In this document: piece after piece, positions 41,301 to 56,300 of the stretch
How the letters are laid out: each line of letters begins with the position of its first letter
Numbering within the stretch: position 1 is the first letter of the stretch
Assembly: GCA_964016885.1 (NCBI GenBank)
Contig: CAXHJY010001253.1
Coordinates: forward strand, 1 to 64,000
Length of the DNA stretch: 64,000 bases
Direction of reading: 5' to 3'
Source: Eledone cirrhosa
Taxonomy: Eukaryota
Translations under genes and position numbers: made by a program
Notes under the pieces: model-generated
What the model was told of the DNA's origin: nothing
What the model saw: the letters and a program-made list of their open reading frames with translations, nothing else
The model's database searches: none

Positions 41301-44300
41301 TGATTTTACGGAGATATCTTGCTGAAATTCACGCCACCCATAGCCAATGAGTGTCTGCACATGTACCAGTAATTACAGATCGATCCGACCACGGGCGGCC
41401 GGCCCGCGATTGAAAAGGTAACTCCGCCGGCAAATCGTCATTTTTGGATTCGTTTTCTTCGAAGCACACCATTCGCCGGCGGACTTTGCTGACGTTTAAC
41501 ACGGTTTGGTTCCACAGCCACAACTATTGATTTTACGGAGATATCTTGCTGAAATTCACGCCACCCATAGCCAATGAGTGTCTGCACATGTACCAGTAAT
41601 TACAGATCGATCCGACCACGGGCGGCCGGGCCGTGATTGAAAAGGTAACTCCGCCGGCAAATCGTCATTTTTGGATTCGTTTTCTTCGAAGCACACCATT
41701 CGCCGGCGGACTTTGTTGACGTTTAACACGGTTTGGTTCCACAGCCACAACTATTGATTTTACGGAGATATCTTGCTGAAATTCACGCCACCCATAGCCA
41801 ATGAGTGTCTGCACATGTACCAGTAATTACAGATCGACCCGACCACGGGCGGCCGGCCCGCGATTGAAAAGGTAACTCCGCCGGCAAATCGTCATTTTTG
41901 GATTCGTTTTCTTCGAAGCACACCATTCGCCGGCGGACTTTGCTGACGTTTAACACGGTTTGGTTCCACAGCCACAACTATTGATTTTACGGAGATATCT
42001 TGCTGAAATTCACGCCACACATAGCCAATGAGTGTCTGCACATGTACCAGTAATTACAGATCGATCCGACCACGGGCGGCCGGCCCGCGATTGAAAAGGT
42101 AACTCCGCCGGCAAATCGTCATTTTTGGATTCGTTTTCTTCGAAGCACACCATTCGCCGGCGGACTTTGTTGACGTTTAACACGGTTTGGTTCCACAGCC
42201 ACAACTATTGATTTTACGGAGATATCTTGCTGAAATTCACGCCACACATAGCCAATGAGTGTCTGCACATGTACCAGTAATTACAGATCGATCCGACCAC
42301 GGGCGGCCGGCCCGCGATTGAAAAGGTAACTCCGCCGGCAAATCGTCATTTTTGGATTCGTTTTCTTCGAAGCACACCATTCGCCGGCGGACTTTGTTGA
42401 CGTTTAACACGGTTTGGTTCCACAGCCACAACTATTGATTTTACGGAGATATCTTGCTGAAATTCACGCCACACATAGCCAATGAGTGTCTGCACATGTA
42501 CCAGTAATTATAGATCGATCCGACCACGGGCGGCCGGCCCGCGATTGAAAAGGTAACTCCGCCGGCAAATCGTCATTTTTGGATTCGTTTTCTTCGAAGC
42601 ACACCATTCGCCGGCGGACTTTGTTGACGTTTAACACGGTTTGGTTCCACAGCCACAACTATTGATTTTACGGAGATATCTTGCTGAAATTCACGCCACA
42701 CATAGCCAATGAGTGTCTGCACATGTACCAGTAATTACAGATCGATCCGACCACGGGCTGCCGGCCCGCGATTGAAAAGGTAACTCCGCCGGCAAATCGC
42801 CATTTTTGGATTCGTTTTCTTCGAAGCACACCATTCGCCGGCGGACTTTGTTGACGTTTAACACGGTTTGGTTCCACAGCCACAACTATTGATTTTACCG
42901 AGATATCTTGCTGAAATTCACGCCACACATAGCCAATGAGTGTCTGCACATGTACCAGTAATTACAGATCGATCCGACCACGGGCGGCCGGCCCGCGATT
43001 GAAAAGGTAACTCCGCCGGCAAATCGTCATTTTTGGATTCGTTTTCTTCGAAGCACACCATTCGCCGGCGGACTTTGCTGACGTTTAACACGGTTTGGTT
43101 CCACAGCCACAACTATTGATTTTACGGAGATATCTTGCTGAAATTCACGCCACACATAGCCAATGAGTGTCTGCACATGTACCAGTAATTACAGATCGAT
43201 CCGACCACGGGCGGCCGGCCCGCGATTGAAAAGGTAACTCCGCCGGCAAATCGTCATTTTTGGATTCGTTTTCTTCGAAGCACACCATTCGCCGGCGGAC
43301 TTTGTTGACGTTTAACACGGTTTGGTTCCACAGCCACAACTATTGATTTTACGGAGATATCTTGCTGAAATTCACGCCACACATAGCCAATGAGTGTCTG
43401 CACATGTACCAGTAATTACACATCGATCCGACCACGGGCGGCCGGGCCGTGATTGAAAAGGTAACTCCGCCGGCAAATCGTCATTTTTGGATTCGTTTTC
43501 TTCGAAGCACACCATTCGCCGGCGGACTTTGCTGACGTTTAACACGGTTTGGTTCCACAGCCACAACTATTGATTTTACGGAGATATCTTGCTGAAATTC
43601 ACGCCACACATAGCCAATGAGTGTCTGCACATGTACCAGTAATTACAGATCGATCCGACCACGGGCTGCCGGCCCGCGATTGAAAAGGTAACTCCGCCGG
43701 CAAATCGCCATTTTTGGATTCGTTTTCTTCGAAGCACACCATTCGCCGGCGGACTTTGTTGACGTTTAACACGGTTTGGTTCCACAGCCACAACTATTGA
43801 TTTTACCGAGATATCTTGCTGAAATTCACGCCACCCATAGCCAATGAGTGTCTGCACATGTACCAGTAATTACAGATCGATCCGACCACGGGCGGCCGGC
43901 CCGCGATTGAAAAGGTAACTCCGCCGGCAAATCGTCATTTTTGGATTCGTTTTCTTCGAAGCACACCATTCGCCGGCGGACTTTGCTGACGTTTAACACG
44001 GTTTGGTTCCACAGCCACAACTATTGATTTTACGGAGATATCTTGCTGAAATTCACGCCACCCATAGCCAATGAGTGTCTGCACATGTACCAGTAATTAC
44101 AGATCGATCCGACCACGGGCGGCCGGGCCGTGATTGAAAAGGTAACTCCGCCGGCAAATCGTCATTTTTGGATTCGTTTTCTTCGAAGCACACCATTCGC
44201 CGGCGGACTTTGTTGACGTTTAACACGGTTTGGTTCCACAGCCACAACTATTGATTTTACGGAGATATCTTGCTGAAATTCACGCCACCCATAGCCAATG

Positions 44301-47300
44301 AGTGTCTGCACATGTACCAGTAATTACAGATCGACCCGACCACGGGCGGCCGGCCCGCGATTGAAAAGGTAACTCCGCCGGCAAATCGTCATTTTTGGAT
44401 TCGTTTTCTTCGAAGCACACCATTCGCCGGCGGACTTTGCTGACGTTTAACACGGTTTGGTTCCACAGCCACAACTATTGATTTTACGGAGATATCTTGC
44501 TGAAATTCACGCCACACATAGCCAATGAGTGTCTGCACATGTACCAGTAATTACAGATCGATCCGACCACGGGCGGCCGGCCCGCGATTGAAAAGGTAAC
44601 TCCGCCGGCAAATCGTCATTTTTGGATTCGTTTTCTTCGAAGCACACCATTCGCCGGCGGACTTTGTTGACGTTTAACACGGTTTGGTTCCACAGCCACA
44701 ACTATTGATTTTACGGAGATATCTTGCTGAAATTCACGCCACACATAGCCAATGAGTGTCTGCACATGTACCAGTAATTACAGATCGATCCGACCACGGG
44801 CGGCCGGCCCGCGATTGAAAAGGTAACTCCGCCGGCAAATCGTCATTTTTGGATTCGTTTTCTTCGAAGCACACCATTCGCCGGCGGACTTTGTTGACGT
44901 TTAACACGGTTTGGTTCCACAGCCACAACTATTGATTTTACGGAGATATCTTGCTGAAATTCACGCCACACATAGCCAATGAGTGTCTGCACATGTACCA
45001 GTAATTATAGATCGATCCGACCACGGGCGGCCGGCCCGCGATTGAAAAGGTAACTCCGCCGGCAAATCGTCATTTTTGGATTCGTTTTCTTCGAAGCACA
45101 CCATTCGCCGGCGGACTTTGTTGACGTTTAACACGGTTTGGTTCCACAGCCACAACTATTGATTTTACGGAGATATCTTGCTGAAATTCACGCCACACAT
45201 AGCCAATGAGTGTCTGCACATGTACCAGTAATTACAGATCGATCCGACCACGGGCTGCCGGCCCGCGATTGAAAAGGTAACTCCGCCGGCAAATCGCCAT
45301 TTTTGGATTCGTTTTCTTCGAAGCACACCATTCGCCGGCGGACTTTGTTGACGTTTAACACGGTTTGGTTCCACAGCCACAACTATTGATTTTACCGAGA
45401 TATCTTGCTGAAATTCACGCCACACATAGCCAATGAGTGTCTGCACATGTACCAGTAATTACAGATCGATCCGACCACGGGCGGCCGGCCCGCGATTGAA
45501 AAGGTAACTCCGCCGGCAAATCGTCATTTTTGGATTCGTTTTCTTCGAAGCACACCATTCGCCGGCGGACTTTGCTGACGTTTAACACGGTTTGGTTCCA
45601 CAGCCACAACTATTGATTTTACGGAGATATCTTGCTGAAATTCACGCCACACATAGCCAATGAGTGTCTGCACATGTACCAGTAATTACAGATCGATCCG
45701 ACCACGGGCGGCCGGCCCGCGATTGAAAAGGTAACTCCGCCGGCAAATCGTCATTTTTGGATTCGTTTTCTTCGAAGCACACCATTCGCCGGCGGACTTT
45801 GTTGACGTTTAACACGGTTTGGTTCCACAGCCACAACTATTGATTTTACGGAGATATCTTGCTGAAATTCACGCCACACATAGCCAATGAGTGTCTGCAC
45901 ATGTACCAGTAATTACACATCGATCCGACCACGGGCGGCCGGGCCGTGATTGAAAAGGTAACTCCGCCGGCAAATCGTCATTTTTGGATTCGTTTTCTTC
46001 GAAGCACACCATTCGCCGGCGGACTTTGCTGACGTTTAACACGGTTTGGTTCCACAGCCACAACTATTGATTTTACGGAGATATCTTGCTGAAATTCACG
46101 CCACACATAGCCAATGAGTGTCTGCACATGTACCAGTAATTACAGATCGATCCGACCACGGGCTGCCGGCCCGCGATTGAAAAGGTAACTCCGCCGGCAA
46201 ATCGCCATTTTTGGATTCGTTTTCTTCGAAGCACACCATTCGCCGGCGGACTTTGTTGACGTTTAACACGGTTTGGTTCCACAGCCACAACTATTGATTT
46301 TACCGAGATATCTTGCTGAAATTCACGCCACACATAGCCAATGAGTGTCTGCACATGTACCAGTAATTACAGATCGATCCGACCACGGGCGGCCGGCCCG
46401 CGATTGAAAAGGTAACTCCGCCGGCAAATCGTCATTTTTGGATTCGTTTTCTTCGAAGCACACCATTCGCCGGCGGACTTTGCTGACGTTTAACACGGTT
46501 TGGTTCCACAGCCACAACTATTGATTTTACGGAGATATCTTGCTGAAATTCACGCCACACATAGCCAATGAGTGTCTGCACATGTACCAGTAATTACAGA
46601 TCGATCCGACCACGGGCGGCCGGCCCGCGATTGAAAAGGTAACTCCGCCGGCAAATCGTCATTTTTGGATTCGTTTTCTTCGAAGCACACCATTCGCCGG
46701 CGGACTTTGTTGACGTTTAACACGGTTTGGTTCCACAGCCACAACTATTGATTTTACGGAGATATCTTGCTGAAATTCACGCCACACATAGCCAATGAGT
46801 GTCTGCACATGTACCAGTAATTACACATCGATCCGACCACGGGCGGCCGGGCCGTGATTGAAAAGGTAACTCCGCCGGCAAATCGTCATTTTTGGATTCG
46901 TTTTCTTCGAAGCACACCATTCGCCGGCGGACTTTGCTGACGTTTAACACGGTTTGGTTCCACAGCCACAACTATTGATTTTACGGAGATATCTTGCTGA
47001 AATTCACGCCACACATAGCCAATGAGTGTCTGCACATGTACCAGTAATTACAGATCGATCCGACCACGGGCGGCCGGCCCGCGATTGAAAAGGTAACTCC
47101 GCCGGCAAATCGTCATTTTTGGATTCGTTTTCTTCGAAGCACACCATTCGCCGGCGGACTTTGTTGACGTTTAACACGGTTTGGTTCCACAGCCACAACT
47201 ATTGATTTTACGGAGATATCTTGCTGAAATTCACGCCACACATAGCCAATGAGTGTCTGCACATGTACCAGTAATTATAGATCGATCCGACCACGGGCGG

Positions 47301-50300
47301 CCGGCCCGCGATTGAAAAGGTAACTCCGCCGGCAAATCGTCATTTTTGGATTCGTTTTCTTCGAAGCACACCATTCGCCGGCGGACTTTGTTGACGTTTA
47401 ACACGGTTTGGTTCCACAGCCACAACTATTGATTTTACGGAGATATCATGCTGAAATTCACGCCACACATAGCCAATGAGTGTCTGCACATGTACCAGTA
47501 ATTACAGATCGATCCGACCACGGGCGGCCGGCCCGCGATTGAAAAGGTAACTCCGCCGGCAAATCGCCATTTTTGGATTCGTTTTCTTCGAAGCACACCA
47601 TTCGCCGGCGGACTTTGTTGACGTTTAACACGGTTTGGTTCCACAGCCACAACTATTGATTTTACCGAGATATCTTGCTGAAATTCACGCCACACATAGC
47701 CAATGAGTGTCTGCACATGTACCAGTAATTACAGATCGATCCGACCACGGGCGGCCGGCCCGCGATTGAAAAGGTAACTCCGCCGGCAAATCGTCATTTT
47801 TGGATTCGTTTTCTTCGAAGCACACCATTCGCCGGCGGACTTTGTTGACGTTTAACACGGTTTGGTTCCACAGCCACAACTATTGATTTTACGGAGATAT
47901 CTTGCTGAAATTCACGCCACCCATAGCCAATGAGTGTCTGCACATGTACCAGTAATTACAGATCGATACGACCACGGGCGGCCGGCCCGCGATTGAAAAG
48001 GTAACTCCGCCGGCAAATCGTCATTTTTGGATTCGTTTTCTTCGAAGCACACCATTCGCCGGCGGACTTTGCTGACGTTTAACACGGTTTGGTTCCACAG
48101 CCACAACTATTGATTTTACGGAGATATCTTGCTGAAATTCACGCCACACATAGCCAATGAGTGTCTGCACATGTACCAGTAATTACAGATCGATCCGACC
48201 ACGGGCGGCCGGCCCGCGATTGAAAAGGTAACTCCGCCGGCAAATCGTCATTTTTGGATTCGTTTTCTTCGAAGCACACCATTCGCCGGCGGACTTTGTT
48301 GACGTTTAACACGGTTTGGTTCCACAGCCACAACTATTGATTTTACGGAGATATCTTGCTGAAATTCACGCCACCCATAGCCAATGAGTGTCTGCACATG
48401 TACCAGTAATTACAGATCGATCCGACCACGGGCGGCCGGCCCGCGATTGAAAAGGTAACTCCGCCGGCAAATCGTCATTTTTGGATTCGTTTTCTTCGAA
48501 GCACACCATTCGCCGGCGGACTTTGCTGACGTTTAACACGGTTTGGTTCCACAGCCACAACTATTGATTTTACGGAGATATCTTGCTGAAATTCACGCCA
48601 CACATAGCCAATGAGTGTCTGCACATGTACCAGTAATTACAGATCGATCCGACCACAGGCGGCCGGCCCGCGATTGAAAAGGTAACTCCGCCGGCAAATC
48701 GTCATTTTTGGATTCGTTTTCTTCGAAGCACACCATTCGCCGGCGGACTTTGTTGACGTTTAACACGGTTTGGTTCCACAGCCACAACTATTGATTTTAC
48801 GGAGATATCTTGCTGAAATTCACGCCACCCATAGCCAATGAGTGTCTGCACATGTACCAGTAATTACAGATCGATACGACCACGGGCGGCCGGCCCGCGA
48901 TTGAAAAGGTAACTCCGCCGGCAAATCGTCATTTTTGGATTCGTTTTCTTCGAAGCACACCATTCGCCGGCGGACTTTGCTGACGTTTAACACGGTTTGG
49001 TTCCACAGCCACAACTATTGATTTTACGGAGATATCTTGCTGAAATTCACGCCACCCATAGCCAATGAGTGTCTGCACATGTACCAGTAATTACAGATCG
49101 ATCCGACCACGGGCGGCCGGCCCGCGATTGAAAAGGTAACTCCGCCGGCAAATCGTCATTTTTGGATTCGTTTTCTTCGAAGCACACCATTCGCCGGCGG
49201 ACTTTGTTGACGTTTAACACGGTTTGGTTCCACAGCCACAACTATTGATTTTACGGAGATATCTTGCTGAAATTCACGCCACCCATAGCCAATGAGTGTC
49301 TGCACATGTACCAGTAATTACAGATCGATCCGACCACGGGCGGCCGGGCCGTGATTGAAAAGGTAACTCCGCCGGCAAATCGTCATTTTTGGATTCGTTT
49401 TCTTCGAAGCACACCATTCGCCGGCGGACTTTGTTGACGTTTAACACGGTTTGGTTCCACAGCCACAACTATTGATTTTACGGAGATATCTTGCTGAAAT
49501 TCACGCCACCCATAGCCAATGAGTGTCTGCACATGTACCAGTAATTACAGATCGACCCGACCACGGGCGGCCGGCCCGCGATTGAAAAGGTAACTCCGCC
49601 GGCAAATCGTCATTTTTGGATTCGTTTTCTTCGAAGCACACCATTCGCCGGCGGACTTTGCTGACGTTTAACACGGTTTGGTTCCACAGCCACAACTATT
49701 GATTTTACGGAGATATCTTGCTGAAATTCACGCCACACATAGCCAATGAGTGTCTGCACATGTACCAGTAATTACAGATCGATCCGACCACGGGCGGCCG
49801 GCCCGCGATTGAAAAGGTAACTCCGCCGGCAAATCGTCATTTTTGGATTCGTTTTCTTCGAAGCACACCATTCGCCGGCGGACTTTGTTGACGTTTAACA
49901 CGGTTTGGTTCCACAGCCACAACTATTGATTTTACGGAGATATCTTGCTGAAATTCACGCCACACATAGCCAATGAGTGTCTGCACATGTACCAGTAATT
50001 ACAGATCGATCCGACCACGGGCGGCCGGCCCGCGATTGAAAAGGTAACTCCGCCGGCAAATCGTCATTTTTGGATTCGTTTTCTTCGAAGCACACCATTC
50101 GCCGGCGGACTTTGTTGACGTTTAACACGGTTTGGTTCCACAGCCACAACTATTGATTTTACGGAGATATCTTGCTGAAATTCACGCCACACATAGCCAA
50201 TGAGTGTCTGCACATGTACCAGTAATTATAGATCGATCCGACCACGGGCGGCCGGCCCGCGATTGAAAAGGTAACTCCGCCGGCAAATCGTCATTTTTGG

Positions 50301-53300
50301 ATTCGTTTTCTTCGAAGCACACCATTCGCCGGCGGACTTTGTTGACGTTTAACACGGTTTGGTTCCACAGCCACAACTATTGATTTTACGGAGATATCTT
50401 GCTGAAATTCACGCCACACATAGCCAATGAGTGTCTGCACATGTACCAGTAATTACAGATCGATCCGACCACGGGCTGCCGGCCCGCGATTGAAAAGGTA
50501 ACTCCGCCGGCAAATCGCCATTTTTGGATTCGTTTTCTTCGAAGCACACCATTCGCCGGCGGACTTTGTTGACGTTTAACACGGTTTGGTTCCACAGCCA
50601 CAACTATTGATTTTACCGAGATATCTTGCTGAAATTCACGCCACACATAGCCAATGAGTGTCTGCACATGTACCAGTAATTACAGATCGATCCGACCACG
50701 GGCGGCCGGCCCGCGATTGAAAAGGTAACTCCGCCGGCAAATCGTCATTTTTGGATTCGTTTTCTTCGAAGCACACCATTCGCCGGCGGACTTTGCTGAC
50801 GTTTAACACGGTTTGGTTCCACAGCCACAACTATTGATTTTACGGAGATATCTTGCTGAAATTCACGCCACACATAGCCAATGAGTGTCTGCACATGTAC
50901 CAGTAATTACAGATCGATCCGACCACGGGCGGCCGGCCCGCGATTGAAAAGGTAACTCCGCCGGCAAATCGTCATTTTTGGATTCGTTTTCTTCGAAGCA
51001 CACCATTCGCCGGCGGACTTTGTTGACGTTTAACACGGTTTGGTTCCACAGCCACAACTATTGATTTTACGGAGATATCTTGCTGAAATTCACGCCACAC
51101 ATAGCCAATGAGTGTCTGCACATGTACCAGTAATTACACATCGATCCGACCACGGGCGGCCGGGCCGTGATTGAAAAGGTAACTCCGCCGGCAAATCGTC
51201 ATTTTTGGATTCGTTTTCTTCGAAGCACACCATTCGCCGGCGGACTTTGCTGACGTTTAACACGGTTTGGTTCCACAGCCACAACTATTGATTTTACGGA
51301 GATATCTTGCTGAAATTCACGCCACACATAGCCAATGAGTGTCTGCACATGTACCAGTAATTACAGATCGATCCGACCACGGGCGGCCGGCCCGCGATTG
51401 AAAAGGTAACTCCGCCGGCAAATCGTCATTTTTGGATTCGTTTTCTTCGAAGCACACCATTCGCCGGCGGACTTTGTTGACGTTTAACACGGTTTGGTTC
51501 CACAGCCACAACTATTGATTTTACGGAGATATCTTGCTGAAATTCACGCCACACATAGCCAATGAGTGTCTGCACATGTACCAGTAATTATAGATCGATC
51601 CGACCACGGGCGGCCGGCCCGCGATTGAAAAGGTAACTCCGCCGGCAAATCGTCATTTTTGGATTCGTTTTCTTCGAAGCACACCATTCGCCGGCGGACT
51701 TTGTTGACGTTTAACACGGTTTGGTTCCACAGCCACAACTATTGATTTTACGGAGATATCATGCTGAAATTCACGCCACACATAGCCAATGAGTGTCTGC
51801 ACATGTACCAGTAATTACAGATCGATCCGACCACGGGCGGCCGGCCCGCGATTGAAAAGGTAACTCCGCCGGCAAATCGCCATTTTTGGATTCGTTTTCT
51901 TCGAAGCACACCATTCGCCGGCGGACTTTGTTGACGTTTAACACGGTTTGGTTCCACAGCCACAACTATTGATTTTACCGAGATATCTTGCTGAAATTCA
52001 CGCCACACATAGCCAATGAGTGTCTGCACATGTACCAGTAATTACAGATCGATCCGACCACGGGCGGCCGGCCCGCGATTGAAAAGGTAACTCCGCCGGC
52101 AAATCGCCATTTTTGGATTCGTTTTCTTCGAAGCACACCATTCGCCGGCGGACTTTGTTGACGTTTAACACGGTTTGGTTCCACAGCCACAACTATTGAT
52201 TTTACGGAGATATCTTGCTGAAATTCACGCCACCCATAGCCAATGAGTGTCTGCACATGTACCAGTAATTACAGATCGACCCGACCACGGGCGGCCGGCC
52301 CGCGATTGAAAAGGTAACTCCGCCGGCAAATCGTCATTTTTGGATTCGTTTTCTTCGAAGCACACCATTCGCCGGCGGACTTTGCTGACGTTTAACACGG
52401 TTTGGTTCCACAGCCACAACTATTGATTTTACGGAGATATCTTGCTGAAATTCACGCCACACATAGCCAATGAGTGTCTGCACATGTACCAGTAATTACA
52501 GATCGATCCGACCACGGGCGGCCGGCCCGCGATTGAAAAGGTAACTCCGCCGGCAAATCGTCATTTTTGGATTCGTTTTCTTCGAAGCACACCATTCGCC
52601 GGTGGACTTTGTTGACGTTTAACACGGTTTGGTTCCACAGCCACAACTATTGATTTTACGGAGATATCTTGCTGAAATTCACGCCACCCATAGCCAATGA
52701 GTGTCTGCACATGTACCAGTAATTACAGATCGATCCGACCACGGGCGGCCGGCCCGCGATTGAAAAGGTAACTCCGCCGGCAAATCGTCATTTTTGGATT
52801 CGTTTTCTTCGAAGCACACCATTCGCCGGCGGACTTTGCTGACGTTTAACACGGTTTGGTTCCACAGCCACAACTATTGATTTTACGGAGATATCTTGCT
52901 GAAATTCACGCCACCCATAGCCAATGAGTGTCTGCACATGTACCAGTAATTACAGATCGATCCGACCACGGGCGGCCGGGCCGTGATTGAAAAGGTAACT
53001 CCGCCGGCAAATCGTCATTTTTGGATTCGTTTTCTTCGAAGCACACCATTCGCCGGCGGACTTTGTTGACGTTTAACACGGTTTGGTTCCACAGCCACAA
53101 CTATTGATTTTACGGAGATATCTTGCTGAAATTCACGCCACACATAGCCAATGAGTGTCTGCACATGTACCAGTAATTACAGATCGATCCGACCACGGGC
53201 TGCCGGCCCGCGATTGAAAAGGTAACTCCGCCGGCAAATCGCCATTTTTGGATTCGTTTTCTTCGAAGCACACCATTCGCCGGCGGACTTTGTTGACGTT

Positions 53301-56300
53301 TAACACGGTTTGGTTCCACAGCCACAACTATTGATTTTACCGAGATATCTTGCTGAAATTCACGCCACACATAGCCAATGAGTGTCTGCACATGTACCAG
53401 TAATTACAGATCGATCCGACCACGGGCGGCCGGCCCGCGATTGAAAAGGTAACTCCGCCGGCAAATCGTCATTTTTGGATTCGTTTTCTTCGAAGCACAC
53501 CATTCGCCGGCGGACTTTGCTGACGTTTAACACGGTTTGGTTCCACAGCCACAACTATTGATTTTACGGAGATATCTTGCTGAAATTCACGCCACACATA
53601 GCCAATGAGTGTCTGCACATGTACCAGTAATTACAGATCGATCCGACCACGGGCGGCCGGCCCGCGATTGAAAAGGTAACTCCGCCGGCAAATCGTCATT
53701 TTTGGATTCGTTTTCTTCGAAGCACACCATTCGCCGGCGGACTTTGTTGACGTTTAACACGGTTTGGTTCCACAGCCACAACTATTGATTTTACGGAGAT
53801 ATCTTGCTGAAATTCACGCCACACATAGCCAATGAGTGTCTGCACATGTACCAGTAATTACACATCGATCCGACCACGGGCGGCCGGGCCGTGATTGAAA
53901 AGGTAACTCCGCCGGCAAATCGTCATTTTTGGATTCGTTTTCTTCGAAGCACACCATTCGCCGGCGGACTTTGCTGACGTTTAACACGGTTTGGTTCCAC
54001 AGCCACAACTATTGATTTTACGGAGATATCTTGCTGAAATTCACGCCACACATAGCCAATGAGTGTCTGCACATGTACCAGTAATTACAGATCGATCCGA
54101 CCACGGGCGGCCGGCCCGCGATTGAAAAGGTAACTCCGCCGGCAAATCGTCATTTTTGGATTCGTTTTCTTCGAAGCACACCATTCGCCGGCGGACTTTG
54201 TTGACGTTTAACACGGTTTGGTTCCACAGCCACAACTATTGATTTTACGGAGATATCTTGCTGAAATTCACGCCACACATAGCCAATGAGTGTCTGCACA
54301 TGTACCAGTAATTATAGATCGATCCGACCACGGGCGGCCGGCCCGCGATTGAAAAGGTAACTCCGCCGGCAAATCGTCATTTTTGGATTCGTTTTCTTCG
54401 AAGCACACCATTCGCCGGCGGACTTTGTTGACGTTTAACACGGTTTGGTTCCACAGCCACAACTATTGATTTTACGGAGATATCATGCTGAAATTCACGC
54501 CACACATAGCCAATGAGTGTCTGCACATGTACCAGTAATTACAGATCGATCCGACCACGGGCGGCCGGCCCGCGATTGAAAAGGTAACTCCGCCGGCAAA
54601 TCGCCATTTTTGGATTCGTTTTCTTCGAAGCACACCATTCGCCGGCGGACTTTGTTGACGTTTAACACGGTTTGGTTCCACAGCCACAACTATTGATTTT
54701 ACCGAGATATCTTGCTGAAATTCACGCCACACATAGCCAATGAGTGTCTGCACATGTACCAGTAATTACAGATCGATCCGACCACGGGCGGCCGGCCCGC
54801 GATTGAAAAGGTAACTCCGCCGGCAAATCGCCATTTTTGGATTCGTTTTCTTCGAAGCACACCATTCGCCGGCGGACTTTGTTGACGTTTAACACGGTTT
54901 GGTTCCACAGCCACAACTATTGATTTTACGGAGATATCTTGCTGAAATTCACGCCACCCATAGCCAATGAGTGTCTGCACATGTACCAGTAATTACAGAT
55001 CGACCCGACCACGGGCGGCCGGCCCGCGATTGAAAAGGTAACTCCGCCGGCAAATCGTCATTTTTGGATTCGTTTTCTTCGAAGCACACCATTCGCCGGC
55101 GGACTTTGCTGACGTTTAACACGGTTTGGTTCCACAGCCACAACTATTGATTTTACGGAGATATCTTGCTGAAATTCACGCCACACATAGCCAATGAGTG
55201 TCTGCACATGTACCAGTAATTACAGATCGATCCGACCACGGGCGGCCGGCCCGCGATTGAAAAGGTAACTCCGCCGGCAAATCGTCATTTTTGGATTCGT
55301 TTTCTTCGAAGCACACCATTCGCCGGTGGACTTTGTTGACGTTTAACACGGTTTGGTTCCACAGCCACAACTATTGATTTTACGGAGATATCTTGCTGAA
55401 ATTCACGCCACCCATAGCCAATGAGTGTCTGCACATGTACCAGTAATTACAGATCGATCCGACCACGGGCGGCCGGCCCGCGATTGAAAAGGTAACTCCG
55501 CCGGCAAATCGTCATTTTTGGATTCGTTTTCTTCGAAGCACACCATTCGCCGGCGGACTTTGCTGACGTTTAACACGGTTTGGTTCCACAGCCACAACTA
55601 TTGATTTTACGGAGATATCTTGCTGAAATTCACGCCACCCATAGCCAATGAGTGTCTGCACATGTACCAGTAATTACAGATCGATCCGACCACGGGCGGC
55701 CGGGCCGTGATTGAAAAGGTAACTCCGCCGGCAAATCGTCATTTTTGGATTCGTTTTCTTCGAAGCACACCATTCGCCGGCGGACTTTGTTGACGTTTAA
55801 CACGGTTTGGTTCCACAGCCACAACTATTGATTTTACGGAGATATCTTGCTGAAATTCACGCCACCCATAGCCAATGAGTGTCTGCACATGTACCAGTAA
55901 TTACAGATCGACCCGACCACGGGCGGCCGGCCCGCGATTGAAAAGGTAACTCCGCCGGCAAATCGTCATTTTTGGATTCGTTTTCTTCGAAGCACACCAT
56001 TCGCCGGCGGACTTTGCTGACGTTTAACACGGTTTGGTTCCACAGCCACAACTATTGATTTTACGGAGATATCTTGCTGAAATTCACGCCACACATAGCC
56101 AATGAGTGTCTGCACATGTACCAGTAATTACAGATCGATCCGACCACGGGCGGCCGGCCCGCGATTGAAAAGGTAACTCCGCCGGCAAATCGTCATTTTT
56201 GGATTCGTTTTCTTCGAAGCACACCATTCGCCGGCGGACTTTGTTGACGTTTAACACGGTTTGGTTCCACAGCCACAACTATTGATTTTACGGAGATATC